Source of the DNA: Camelus ferus
Taxonomy: Eukaryota
Reading direction: 5' to 3'
Assembly (NCBI RefSeq): GCF_009834535.1
Contig: NC_045697.1
Coordinates: forward strand, 44,952,001 to 45,016,000
DNA: 64,000 nucleotides
Shown here: in pieces, positions 51,357 to 63,100 of the stretch
Layout: the number at the start of each line of letters is the position of its first letter
Position numbering within the stretch: position 1 is the stretch's first letter
Position numbers and translations under genes: made by a program
The notes under the pieces: generated by a model
Told to the model about the DNA's origin: nothing
Database searches by the model: none
Seen by the model: the letters and a program-made list of their open reading frames with translations, nothing else

Positions 51357-52659
51357 TGTGTGTCTCTTTATGCTTTACTTAGCCCAAAAAGGAGACATGA
51401 AAAATATGGTTAGAATTTTTTTTTCTAAAGATCTTTTTTCTAAAACACGTAATCCACAATGACATCATATTTGATCTCCCCAAGTCAAGATCCATGAAAG
51501 ACCCAGCAAGCAAGACTGCACAGCTGAGTTGGATTGGTCATCTCATACTACATGAAAGGTCCTAGTCCGAGTCACACGTATCAACGGATTTCTGATGACT
51601 GGCTTTGTATTTGTACAAACCCTTGGATTAAGAGCAAGAATGAAGATGTCATTAACAAAAGAGACAGTAGAATCAACTGTCTCTTTGCGAGAATGGAATG
51701 TAACCACCCTGAATGCCAACAAACAAACTTCCCAAGTTCTCCTTCAGCATCCTGGCCTCCTGCGGACTGGCTGTTCTGAGACTTTTCTTCTGTGGAGCCA
51801 GTCCCTGGGTGGCCTTTATGAAAGACGTCTGGCATTTAGTTTCCCCCCAGAGAAAAGCAATTCCATTCATCCCAGCAGCAGGAGGTAGCATTTCTTCTTT
51901 CTGTAGCAATGCGTACCTTCTTTTCATCCAAGGATTACTGAAGGACTTTGCAAAGAATAAAGAAATACTTGCAAATCGTGGAAAGCATGTCATCCCATTT
52001 TACAGATGGAGAAGCTGAGCCAGAAAGACTTAAAAAATAAAAAAGGCCATTTCCCCAAATATAGCAGAAACCAGAAGGCATAAATCATGACTATGATTCT
52101 AATGGAGTAATCTGATTTAATTGCAATTCATAGCACTTTTTTTTTCTTTTTGTGTCTTCAAAATCAGCCGTGCAATTAAAACATAATTATGCTTTGCTTC
52201 TTCGTGGTACCTTTCACCCAGGGAGCAGAAAGTGCTTTACACATTAATTAAGCAGCACAACACTCCTGTGAGGAAGGTAGGAATTATCCCGCTCTTAGGG
52301 GTTGGTGACGTGGAAGCTGAAGGATTTTGTAACTTATCCTTGAGTACAGTGGAAATTGTTGCTCAAGATTCCATATGGTTGAAATCTCTCTGTGGTCCTA
52401 TCCTACAGTTAGACAGTCTTTGAAATACATTAATAACCTTTTGTGAAAAGTATTTCCAACTGCTTATTGTTATTAGCATTTAACTTAAAAAAAAAAACTG
52501 TGCTTCTGTGAATCCTTTTCATTAGATATCTGTTTTAAATTTTAAGTCCAAGCTTAATGATAGGGAACTTTTTGGTATTTTTATCGATTAGAGTACTCTA
52601 AGTATCTAAGGTCTCACCTGAACCTGAAAGTCATTTTAAGTATTTTTATCTTTTAGTAA

Positions 52660-53095
52660 ACTTTTATGGAACTAAAGTAATACATAGGTAAAGAGACAGA
52701 ACAAAAATCATAAATATAAGGCTTGATGAATTTTCACAAAGTGAATACGGATGTGTACCAGCACAGAACATTAACAGCACCCGGACCCCCTCGCCCTGCG
52801 TGCCCACTCCCAGGCACCACCCTCCCAAACGTAACCAATAGCCCGCGTGATAACAGCATAGGCTAGTTGTGCCAATTTTGTACCTTGGATGCATGGAGTC
52901 ACTCTGTGGATACTCGTCTGTGTCTGCCTTCTTTCACTGAGTATTACATCTGTGAGTTCATCCATGTTGCCGCTGGCAGTTACGTTAAGTTCATTCTGAT
53001 TGCTATAGAGTATTCAATTGTTTAAAACACCTTAATCTCTTCATCTATTCTACTGTTGATGGACAGTGGGGTGGTTTCCAGTTTGAGGTGATTTA
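52660..53095 (-). mobile_element. Old L1M 3' fragment
   Basis: TTGATGAATTTTCACAAAGTGAA...CTGCCTTCTTTCACTGAG...TTCTACTGTTGATGGACA...TTTCCAGTTTG. Confidence 0.82.
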
Positions 53096-53369
53096 AATAT
53101 TATTTTAAAGGTATGCTGCTGTACAGACTCTCCTTAAACTAGGCTGAAATAAATCAAAGATAATCTTTTTCACATGCTTTATTTACCATGAAGCCATTGA
53201 GATGAATGATATGCACTAAGGAGTTTCTGGATGTTACTCATATAAAGAAGAATGAGAGTCTTAAGGACCTGCTTCCCAATTGCGGGGTGGGGATAATTAA
53301 ACTTCTTCTCTAAACCTGACAATACCATCTGCCTCTATTGGTTGCTGAATTCACAAGCAGCATCTTAGA

Positions 53370-53520
53370 GAAGTTCAAAGAGCTCAGACACCAGGTAGAC
53401 CTGGGTGTGAACTCCAGCTCCACCGCTTACTGTGTGACCTTGGCCGCCACAGCCTCACTCAACTCCACTTTCTTTAACCATCAAATGATCTCTAGAGTTG
53501 TTAAGAGACATGAATTTAAA
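53370..53520 (+). mobile_element. MIR (interrupted by the composite insertion; resumes near 53845)
   Basis: AGACCTGGGTGTGAACTCCAGCTCCACCGCTTACTGTGTGACCTTGG. Confidence 0.75.
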
Positions 53521-53545
53521 TACATAGCATGGATGTGGCTGTGTC

Positions 53546-53628
53546 TTTTTTTTTTAATGGAGGTGCTGCGGAATTGAACCCAAGACTTTGTGCACGCTAA
53601 GCATGTGCTCTACCACTGAGCTACTTCC
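53546..53628 (-). mobile_element. tRNA-derived SINE (Vic-1-like, short form)
   Basis: The reverse complement reads GGAAGTAGCTCAGTGGTAGAGCACATGCTTAGCGTGCACAAAGTCTTGGGTTCAATTCCGCAGCACCTCCATT-A10. A and B boxes are recognisable. Confidence 0.88.
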
Positions 53629-53830
53629 GAACTATATTCAATACCTTGTAATGGCCTATAATGAAAAAGCATGTGAAAAGGAATATGAATATGTATGTGT
53701 GTGTATATATATATATGTATATATGTGTGTGTGTGTGTGTGTGTATATATAAACTGAATCACTATGCTGTACACCAGAATCTAGCACAACATTGTCAACT
53801 GGCTATACTTCAATTTTAAAAATGGGGAAA
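53629..53830 (+). mobile_element. Short young L1 3' end with internal (TA)/(TG) repeat
   Basis: GAACTATATTCAATACCTTGTAATGGCCTATAATGAAAAAG...ACTGAATCACTATGCTGTACACCAG...CTATACTTCAAT. Confidence 0.92.
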
Positions 53831-54479
53831 AAATACATGGCATGAAGTAGGAACTCAGTGAACTTCATATATTATTAGATATCTTCTGACCCAATGTGAC
53901 TCTCAGTCCTACCAAATGGTGGTCTGACTGGCCTGGATTATAGTTTGGGATTATTAAAAATACATATTTGAAAAATTCAATAAATAACTGTACAGTGAAT
54001 GTGGAAGCATCTATATTCAAAGAGACCTCCAACGCTAAAGGGACCTCCAACATTAAGGATTACTATATTTCTTTTTGAGATTGTGTTAATGATGAATCTG
54101 CAGTGGACAATTGATTCAACCTTGGCTTCCCTGCTAAGAGTTTATCCTAGATATAATGAAAGAGCAGACCGGGTATCATTACAGACATTCTCTGTAAACA
54201 GCTTGACTTAATGTATGATTTAGGTTGGAAAATTGTTGGCTCTAAGCTCAGAATTCTGTGGAAGTGGAAGCTTGGGCAGAAAATTGCCATGGGACTTTGC
54301 ATTTGTTGGATCCTAGATCAAGGAGCCTTGTGTTGAATGACATTTTAGAAATGACAGTAGTTGTAGTGAGCTGAATGGGAGGGGTGGATATTTTTTGCCT
54401 GATTCTCATGTGACTGGCTGCCGATTAAATGCATTTCACATATTCTTGACTTCCACTGGAGACTCACTTGTCTGAATCA

Positions 54480-55280
54480 CAGCCTTGTCCTATTCTATCT
54501 TCTTCCATCTGAGGAAATGATACCCAGTCGCTCAAGCTAGAACCTGGGTGTTCTTGACTCCTCATTCTACTCAAACCCAACCAATCCAACAATTCTTGCC
54601 AATTCTACTTCCTGAATATCTTGTGACTGCACCCACCTCTCCCTGTCCCATTGCCGTGACTACAGCCCAGTCTGCCAGTATCTCCCACCTGGACCACTTC
54701 AGGAGCCTTGTACCCGATCTCCCAGCATCCGTTTTTGCCCTTTCACAATTCCATCTCTGTGTTACTGCTCCAAGTGATCTTTTAAAACAGCAAAGCAGAC
54801 CAGTCCTGTCTTCTGCTTCTAAGTGATTCTTTAATAGTTTCACACTGAATTTAAGGGTAAGTCCATAATCCTTAACTTAGCCTAAAGAATGGCCCTCCTC
54901 TCCTCTGCAGCCCTGTCCCAGAGACTTCATGCTGCAGCCACACAGGCCTTCTTTCTGGTGCTTGAGTGTCATGCGTTCTTCCTTTATGTGCCTTTCTCTG
55001 TACCCTCTCTTTTCCTAGCAAACTCCTGTTAATTCTTCAGGCCTCAGGTTTAATATGTGTCTTCAGGAAAACACCACACAATTCCACGCATTAAATCATC
55101 GGATCCCTCCACTGTGTGCTTTCATAGCACTTTCTACTTACTGTTTGGAGAATGCTCACGCTTGGAATTTTGCATGTCCCTGCTAGTCTGTGAGTTTTCT
55201 GAGAGTAGGGATTCTCTCCCCTTTGTTTACTTATGTGTCTTTCATTGCTAATTGCTCAATACAGATTATCGATGGATTGA
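54480..55280 (+). mobile_element. L2 3' fragment
   Basis: CCCAGTCGCTCAAGCTAGAACCTGGG...ATCTCCCACCTGGACCACT...TGCAGCCACACAGGCCTTCTTTCTG. Confidence 0.82.
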
Positions 55281-55739
55281 GTCATATATGTCTACAGGGT
55301 GGGATTAGGTTGTTAGTATCTCCAGAGGAAACGGCAGGCACATTTTTGTCTCTTCAGAAATGTTGAAATGATGTTCTGAAACAGGGAAGGGAATTGCCAG
55401 TGTTGTTTGTGAAACGCGAGGTAGAAAATCATTCAAAAGGGATTAGGAAGATTTTTTGCTGGTACTTATTTTGACAATTTTTCTTGATTTATTTTGTTAG
55501 CAATAGATAGGACTTCACAATATAATTTAAACAACAACAACAAAATACAATGGATATGGTCTTTGATATCAGTAGTAACACGCAGCTGCAAAATATACGG
55601 TAAAGGAACCCCTTTGCCAGGCTGCCTTTTCCGCCCTCTCAACTGCGCGTTGTCTCCATATACTGGACAGCAGTAGCCCATCTGCAGGCTCAGAGACGGT
55701 GCTCCTTTCTCTCCTTTGCTACATCAGCAAGTGCAATGT

Positions 55740-55905
55740 TGGCTCCTCAGAGTGGAGCACGTGAAGCATTTCGTTTAGAATTACCTGGGGTTTTAACAAC
55801 ACATGCAGATTCCTACTCTCATCAGAAACCTGGGAATTAAAATCTCTAATGGATGAGGCCTAGGGAACTATATCTTTAACAAGAGCCCAGTGTTGAAAAC
55901 GATCC
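55740..55905. mobile_element. MER5-family MITE
   Basis: TTAGAATTACCTGGGG...ATGCAGATTCCT...GAGGCCTAGGGAAC...TTTAACAAG. Confidence 0.65.
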
Positions 55906-56544
55906 ACCTAGTGCCTGGTCATTACAGGTTTAGGGATTGACAACAGGCGTGTACAGGGCTGACTTTGGGAAACACAGATTAAGATTCATGCATGCCTTCG
56001 TCAGTAAGGCCACTGTCAGCTCTAAGCTTGAAATAAGGAGTTACACAAACACAAAGATAAAAGGACCTTAAAAGACCATTTGATTAAGCTTTATGCTTCA
56101 GGCAAATTTATACCCAAACCACATAGGACGGCTAATGGTCTGTTTTCTTACTGGCGATGTTTAAGGACAGATAATCCATTAATATATGTGTATCACTGAG
56201 ATATTCAGATAATTTTAGGTGATCTTTCAACTCTAAAACCTTTTGGCCTTGCCTAAGGTCCCTTTCTCCTTGTTTGATATTTTGTAAACATAGAGAACAA
56301 ACTAACATTGTCACCATCTTAAAATACTTAACATCTCATCATCCTCTGGGACTAGTGCCCAGCTGTTTCCCCAACGTAGACTCATTGAGTTAGAAACAAT
56401 CTTAGACGCTACTTGAGTTGAACCTCCTCATTTTACAGACATGTAAACAAATGCAGGAATTAGATGTCATGAAGTTATAAATCTGACAGATTTATGAGTG
56501 TATTTCAACACCCCAACTTACTTTTTATCCTGGGTTACATTTTC

Positions 56545-56770
56545 CCGCGTGGTGCAGTGGGGAAGCATCTGGTCCATCTAAATTTAGATCTGGTTCAAAT
56601 CCTTCTCTATCACTAACTACCTGTATGATTATAGCACATTATTTGACAAAGCTGAGCTTCCTTTTCATCAGATGATCTATGAAGATGTAAATCTGAGTTG
56701 TATAATTGTATTGAGAGTTAAATAAGATACAGCATAGTGCCTAGCACATAGTAGGTGCTCAGTTAGAAAG
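56545..56770 (+). mobile_element. MIR
   Basis: CTGGTTCAAATCC...AGCATAGTGCCTAGCACATAGTAGGTGCTCA. Confidence 0.75.
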
Positions 56771-59700
56771 CTTATATATTTGTTGTTGGTATAATTTTTG
56801 GAAGGCAGTTTAGCAACATGTATCAAAATGTGTGGTGTGCTTATCTATGACTTGGCAATTCCAGTCATCGTAGTGAAATCAAGCACCACGCACAGCATGC
56901 AGAAACGTGTGAAGCAGCTCACTCTTACAGGGCTTCAGTTACACAGTGGGTCAGCACTTATTTACTTAACCAAGAACCCAGAATAAATCTTGATCCAACC
57001 CAAATATCCTAGAACAGTGGCGCTGCCTTCTGACAATCTTCTAGAAGAATTTAACTGCAAATGCTTTAGTCATAAGAAGAAAAATAATTGTGGTAAATGA
57101 GTTAATAGTATATGTAAAATGTATTATGTGACCATCCTAAGCTTATTCACTTAATCTTTGCCATAGCCTTTTGACACAAATACAACATTACCCATATTTT
57201 AAAGAGATTAAGTAGCTTGTGCATCTTTGGGGGAGTAGCGGAGTGGCAGGGGTTGTCACATGGTTTGTTAGCAATTGAATCAGGATTTGAACAGAAGTTG
57301 TTTTGATTCCAGAGCCAACTGCTCAATTCTGTAATTCTTATATGTGGAGATTAAAATTAAACAAACAAGCATTAATGTGAAGGCCCATCCCAGGCTTTCT
57401 GAGCCACAAAGGTGTAGGACAGGCCAGGCTGAGGGCAACTGTCATAGCCATCATGCTCTCTGGTCCCCATGTGCCTTGGATGTGGTCTACTTACTAGAAA
57501 GAAAACACACTACTGTACACGGGATTACCTTAACCATTTCCTGTGGTCCTATTTTCACCCATCAGACTCTCCAGACTGCATCTTTGCACTGCCTCAGGGT
57601 ACGGGGCCCCCATTTGAAAGACCTTGATGAAAAACCTAATTACGCACAGATGCACTTGGATGTTTGTTTTACTTACTAATGGTTGGGTGTAGGTTTCCTT
57701 CTTTTCCCTTGTCAAGGAAGCTGAGGTTCTGAGGCAGCCACAGACTACAACATAAATACAGGGAGGCAGGGAGGAAGAATCTTGGAAAACTCAAAAGCCT
57801 GCTATTTCCCAGCCAAGCCCCAATCTGCTTTTGACCTCGCTCCAAAAGGAGTGGTTTCCATGATTGATTGTGGGTAACACTACGTAACGTGACCCTACTG
57901 GAGCCCTTGCGCATCAAATGTTAGCTTTTTCTTCCTCACAGCTGGGGACTCGAGTCCTTGTTTCTACTCGCTGATGGCTGAGAGGGGCTGGTGCTTGGGT
58001 TCTGCCATCCCACACCTGTCTTCGTGGCACCTCCGCTCTCAGTACCGATTCCTTCTCCACCAGCGTCGCCAGGTCCAGTGGGAATAGTTTGTGCCCTAGG
58101 TTATATGTGTGGTTTACAAGTGCTCATTAATGATATCCTTCCTCTTACTTCCAGCCAGCCCTGCCTGGTAAGCACTCTGAGAGCTAAAATAGTTTCTTTT
58201 TACATTTGGCAGCAGAAAAGACTGAGCAAGATTTGGGAGGTGAAAAAGTCTGCCCAAGGCAGCGTGGGGATGGAACCAGAGCCAGACAGAGCTCAACAAT
58301 GTGCGTTTCCAATCTATTAGGCAAGATTACCTCCCGGTTTGTCATGTGGGCTGCCTCACTCTCCTTGGCTCTCCTGATCCGAGTTTTTCTTCTGAGACTA
58401 ACAACAAGGTTAGAGGAAGGGTCAACCGTCTGGGTGACTTGGCAGTGGCTTCCATTAGGACTGCTTCTTTCCTGAGAATGATGAAATTCAACCTCACAGT
58501 TTAAATGCTTGTCCCAAAATATTTCAAAATGTGAAATGCATGCAAGCCAAATGACAAAAATGTTTTTTTAAAAAAACAAAAACATGGGCTTCTTGTCATC
58601 CACCACACTGGCTGTTTCAATGTCTGTTCAGTCAGTAAATTATTCTTTCTGATCTTCATTTCTGATGACATCCAGATGGTCTAAAAGTCAGTCTTTTTCT
58701 GTGAGAGAGAGTCTCAGTGAAGCTAATAGTGAGTAGCCCTCACATTCATATAGTGTGGCTAAGAATTTAGTGGAATGACATAGAATTGTCTGTACCCAAT
58801 TAACATAATATTTAAATAATTACAGTGCCTATATCTTCAGCTTGATGTTGGGCTTAATTATTAATGTTCTTAACTCTTAAAGAGATACTGTGAGACTGTA
58901 TCTTTCTCCCTAAATTATAGGACACTTTATAAAAGCCAAAATTGCTAATTAACGTTTTTTCCTTTCTATTTCTTCCAAATCTTCTAGAATTAAGGTACTG
59001 TTTTGTTAGAGTCAAAGATACTCTATAGTCAACCTACCACATGCCAATTCTGAGAGCTTGAAATGGGTCATGGTGTGGATGATGGTGTTTAAGATTTATT
59101 CTGTTTCTTTTTAAATATAGCCTTAAGATGACTAATTAATAATAAGAACAAAATGTTGATATAATTTTTGTCACCATTATTTATCAGACTTTGAAAAAAA
59201 GATAATATTCTTTTTCAGAATGAAAAGAGCAATACTGGCTTCTATTCAGACATTATAGTAGATGCTTTCATTTGTTATCTCATCTAGTTCTTTCTAGAAC
59301 CAAAAGATGGACATAATTACCCATATTTTATAGATGCAGAAACCGAAACATGAAATACATCAGTAATTTTCCCGGGTTGCAAAGGTTGTAAGGATAGGAA
59401 TTCAGGAATGTTAGCCTCCAAATCCGTGTACTTTTCACTTCTCTAGCCTGTTTACCAATTTAAACTCATCCACGGACTGTGTTCGTATACAGTGAACTCA
59501 GGGTGAGCTTTGTTATGCAGTAGCTCATTCCTTCCAGTAGCCAAACCAAACAGGTGGTCCTGCACTTCCCTTCCCACACACAGGTATGTTCCTACTGGAC
59601 TCTAGAATACAGGTTGGTAGCCACTGATTTTCTCATTGGCTCGGATTCAAGGCAGAGATCCCTACATGATTGTACATTATATGGTAGATTCTTAGACACA

Positions 59701-60063
59701 GAACTTCAGAAATGCATTTAGTTGTGAAAATCAAATAATAAAATACAAGGATTTGAGAAATACTCTGAGGGGAAGAAAACTATAAAATGGGTGTTGCTAA
59801 ACAAAGACAATATTCAGAGAATGTCGAAGACCTAAAATCTCCTACTTTCCCTCCCCTTTTCTTTTCTTGCTTCTCTCTCTCTCCCTCTCTCTCACTTGCT
59901 TTTGTGTTTTATTGCTCTCATGCTTTCTGATTATAAACAGTTTCTTCTCTCTTCTCTTGCTCACCAGAAGGCTGTAACTCATTCCACCAGGGTGAGAACT
60001 CACTATTGCCGTAATGGAGGTGGCCTTGGGCACTGACATGGAGTTTGAAGTGGCTTCCTGGAT

Positions 60064-60228
60064 CCTTGCTACTCAGAGTGTGGTCTGTGAACCAGCAGCA
60101 TTTAGCATCACCTGGGAGTCTGTTGGAAATGCAGAATCCCAGGCCCTATCCTAGACCTAAAGAGTCAGAATCTACCTTTTAGCAAGATCCTCAGGGAACT
60201 TCTGTGCATAGTAAGTTTGAGAAGCAAT
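60064..60228. mobile_element. MER5A/MER5A1 hAT MITE
   Basis: CCTTGCTACTCAGAGTGTGGTC...AGCATCACCTGGGAG...GAAATGCAGAATCCCAGGCCC...AAGTTTGAGAAGCA. Confidence 0.88.
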
Positions 60229-61759
60229 AGCCTAGAAAAGTCTAATAGGTTTTTCCCTCCAGAGCAGAATCACTGCTTTAAAGGAAAGAGGGGTTGTTGG
60301 AGAATATCAGTTCCAGGCTCCTTCTGGGGTCAGCTGTGGTTAGAGCCAGGGCTGACCTGTTGGTGGGGAGACTTGTGTTACTGCAGGTAACAGAATAGAT
60401 CAACCCTGCACAGGGAACAGAGTGTCTGGTGGGAATTCTGGCTACCATTCCACCACCACCATCCAGTGTTGCCACCGTGCAGGTCCTTTGGAGCCTGGGC
60501 TCTTGTGGCAGCCGCTTCCTCGGTTCTTCAGTAGATACACACACATACACACATGCATGCACGTGTGTGGCACCCACATCACAGATAGCCGCGTGTGCAC
60601 CTGAAGGAAAGGGAGGAGAGAAATCCAGATTACGTCTCCTGTGTGCCAGACGTTACAGCAGGCGCTTTCATTTGAGAGACTGAACAGCACAGAGAAAATT
60701 AGATTATTGTGAGCTCACGTTCAATTACTAGCCAGACTTCGTTAACCGGAACCTCTGCACGTTAAGTAGATCTCTAGCTGGTGTTTTAAAGGATGACCTC
60801 ATTAAATGATTAAGTTAAATGATGAAATCCTAAAACTCTAAATCATAAAAGAGGAATTCAATTATATTAGAGTTTTCATGTTTACAGTATCCTCTTAAAA
60901 GACAGTTTCCAAGTGACTTCAAATGCAAAAAATATATTCCAGCCTGAATATTACACATGTGACCCGAGATGTTAGTGGCTTGAAAGGGACGCTCTTTCCC
61001 GAGAGTAGTTTTGTGGAGTTGGAGGCTCTGCTGCGAGCACTGTCATCTAAACAGCTGTTTCCTTGCCATTCCTGGGAGGCCTGTCTTCTACAATATTCCT
61101 TTCTTTCATAGGATCTAAAAGCTCCCCAGAGTTTATCCTCTTCAAGGACCAGTGTTCCCAGGATCCTTGGATGGGATTCTAGTCCTGTTACTGTTTTGAC
61201 TGGCTGGGAGATTTGGGGCTGTCACTGAATCCCTTTGGGTCTCATGTTTATCTTCTGTAAAAAGTAGTGAGCTTGACTGCACTCTAAGGTCCCTTTTGTC
61301 CCACATGAATATTCTAGTGTCTGCAGAAAGAATATTTTATAATAGAACATGTCAACATGGATTCAGTTGGGTCTTATCACATGCTCAGAGCGTTTCCAGG
61401 ATCCCCGAGTCTGCATCTCCCACACCCCCGCTCTTCCCACAGGCTTGGCTTATGTCAGGTGGCAGCTCAGCTACTGGACAAGGGGCAAGGCAGTGGGGGT
61501 GAGGTCCTGACTGGTGATCACTTAGCGAAGAATGTGGGTCCCCTGAGTACACCGTGGCTTCAGAAAGGGGTTTGGGTCTCTGTAGTTATAGGCTGCATGT
61601 TTAACATTTTTTTTATTTTTGAAATTTTCACCAATGACTCAGGAAAATGCCAAATATATTTGTTCTAGTTATTTGAAAATTATAAACCCATTGAGGGTTT
61701 AGGGAAGTAACTTTCTACAGAAGCAAAATTTTGATTGACAACTGACGCAAAAGAAAGAA

Positions 61760-61975
61760 TATAAATTTTGAATTTAGAAGGACCTGTATTTGTATAGTAC
61801 CCCTTACTAGCTGAGTGACTCAGGGTATGGCAGTTACATTCCCTGAAACTCAAATTTCTAATCTCTCAAATGGGAGTAATGATATTTGCTTTGCAGAATT
61901 ACTATAAGGATTCAAGATAATGTCTGCAAAGCTCCTGGCATATAATAGATGCTCAGTAAATGTCAGCTATTATTT
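61760..61975 (+). mobile_element. MIR
   Basis: CTTACTAGCTGAGTGAC...AAATGGGAGTAATGATA...CCTGGCATATAATAGATGCTCAGTAAATG. Confidence 0.8.
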
Positions 61976-62434
61976 GGAGCTAGAATAATTGTTCCCAAGT
62001 GCTGATCTGTGAATCAGCATGATCTTTGACACCGTTTTCATGACTCCATGATACACATTGTAAAATAATTACAGTGTAGGCAGTTTTTCACTAATTTAAA
62101 TGGTATGTTTTATGAGATGATATTGACAGTAAATGATATTTTTTAGTTTATTTAGCAAAATTTAAAAAAAACTGGTGATTCTAAGACATCTACCCTTATT
62201 TTCCTTGCCAAATTTATCTGATGTACAAATGCGATGTAATAGGACTCAGTGAATTAAGACATCCTAATCATGCTGAATATTAGGGTTAATTGAATCAAAT
62301 GATTTTCACTTTCAAATTATTTTAATGGGGGCAATGGAATTCTGGGCATTCCTTAGCCACTTCATACTACAACCAGCTGTTATCTCCTGAATTCCTATAA
62401 TACCTATCATCAGGATAACTCGGTTCACCCTTAC

Positions 62435-62437
<3 letters not shown>

Positions 62438-62491
<54 letters not shown>
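62438..62491. repeat. Perfect (GT)27 microsatellite
   Basis: Direct observation. Confidence 0.97.
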
Positions 62492-62496
<5 letters not shown>

Positions 62497-62579
62497 TAGC
62501 ACCAGTCCTCAATATGGTCTCAGTGTGTCTCATATCTCTGTGTGTCTGATCTTGGAGTCAGACACAACAATACAAAGAG

Positions 62580-62830
62580 GCCATATACTATTGTAGTGGA
62601 GTCCTGGGCTCTGCAATCCAACTGCCTGGGTTCAAGGCCTGGGTTCACCACTGGGTAGCTGTGTAACCTCAAGCAGGTAACTTACCTTTCCTGTGCCTCA
62701 GTTTCATCATCTATCAAATTTTAAAGTTAACATTACCTACCTAGTAGGATTGTTCTCAAGATTTATTCAGATAATCCATGTGAACATTTAGTATAATGCC
62801 TGGTACATAGTAAGAGCTCAATAAATAGCA
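62580..62830 (+). mobile_element. Near full-length MIR
   Basis: CTGCCTGGGTTCAAG...AGCTGTGTAACCTC...CTGTGCCTCAGTTTCATCATCT...TGCCTGGTACATAGTAAGAGCTCAATAAAT. Confidence 0.9.
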
Positions 62831-62869
62831 GCAAAAACAACAGACAAAGAAGAAGCAAACAAGAAACTC

Positions 62870-63100
62870 TGGGGAGTCAGACAGGCTTGTGATCTGACAC
62901 ACCCACCTCCATGACCAGCCCCTCCTCCTCGACTGCACAGCGTGGCTTTAGGCAAGTTACTTAGCATCTCTGCATCTTGTTTTCCTCATCTCTGTAATGC
63001 TTACCTCACATGTTTTGTTGTCATCATCAAATAAGTTACTATATGTAAAGTATTTATATTGTGTTTGACTCATATAGGTACACAATAAATGTTTTATCAA
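62870..63100 (+). mobile_element. MIR
   Basis: GGCAAGTTACTTAGCATCTCTG...TTTCCTCATCT...ACAATAAATGTT. Confidence 0.75.

Noticed and set aside
51658..51686. Perfect 11-bp hairpin AAAGAGACAGT-7nt-ACTGTCTCTTT
   Set aside because: Too short for a pre-miRNA and plausible by chance in 64 kb. The nearby TGGAATGTAA matches only the start of miR-1/206.
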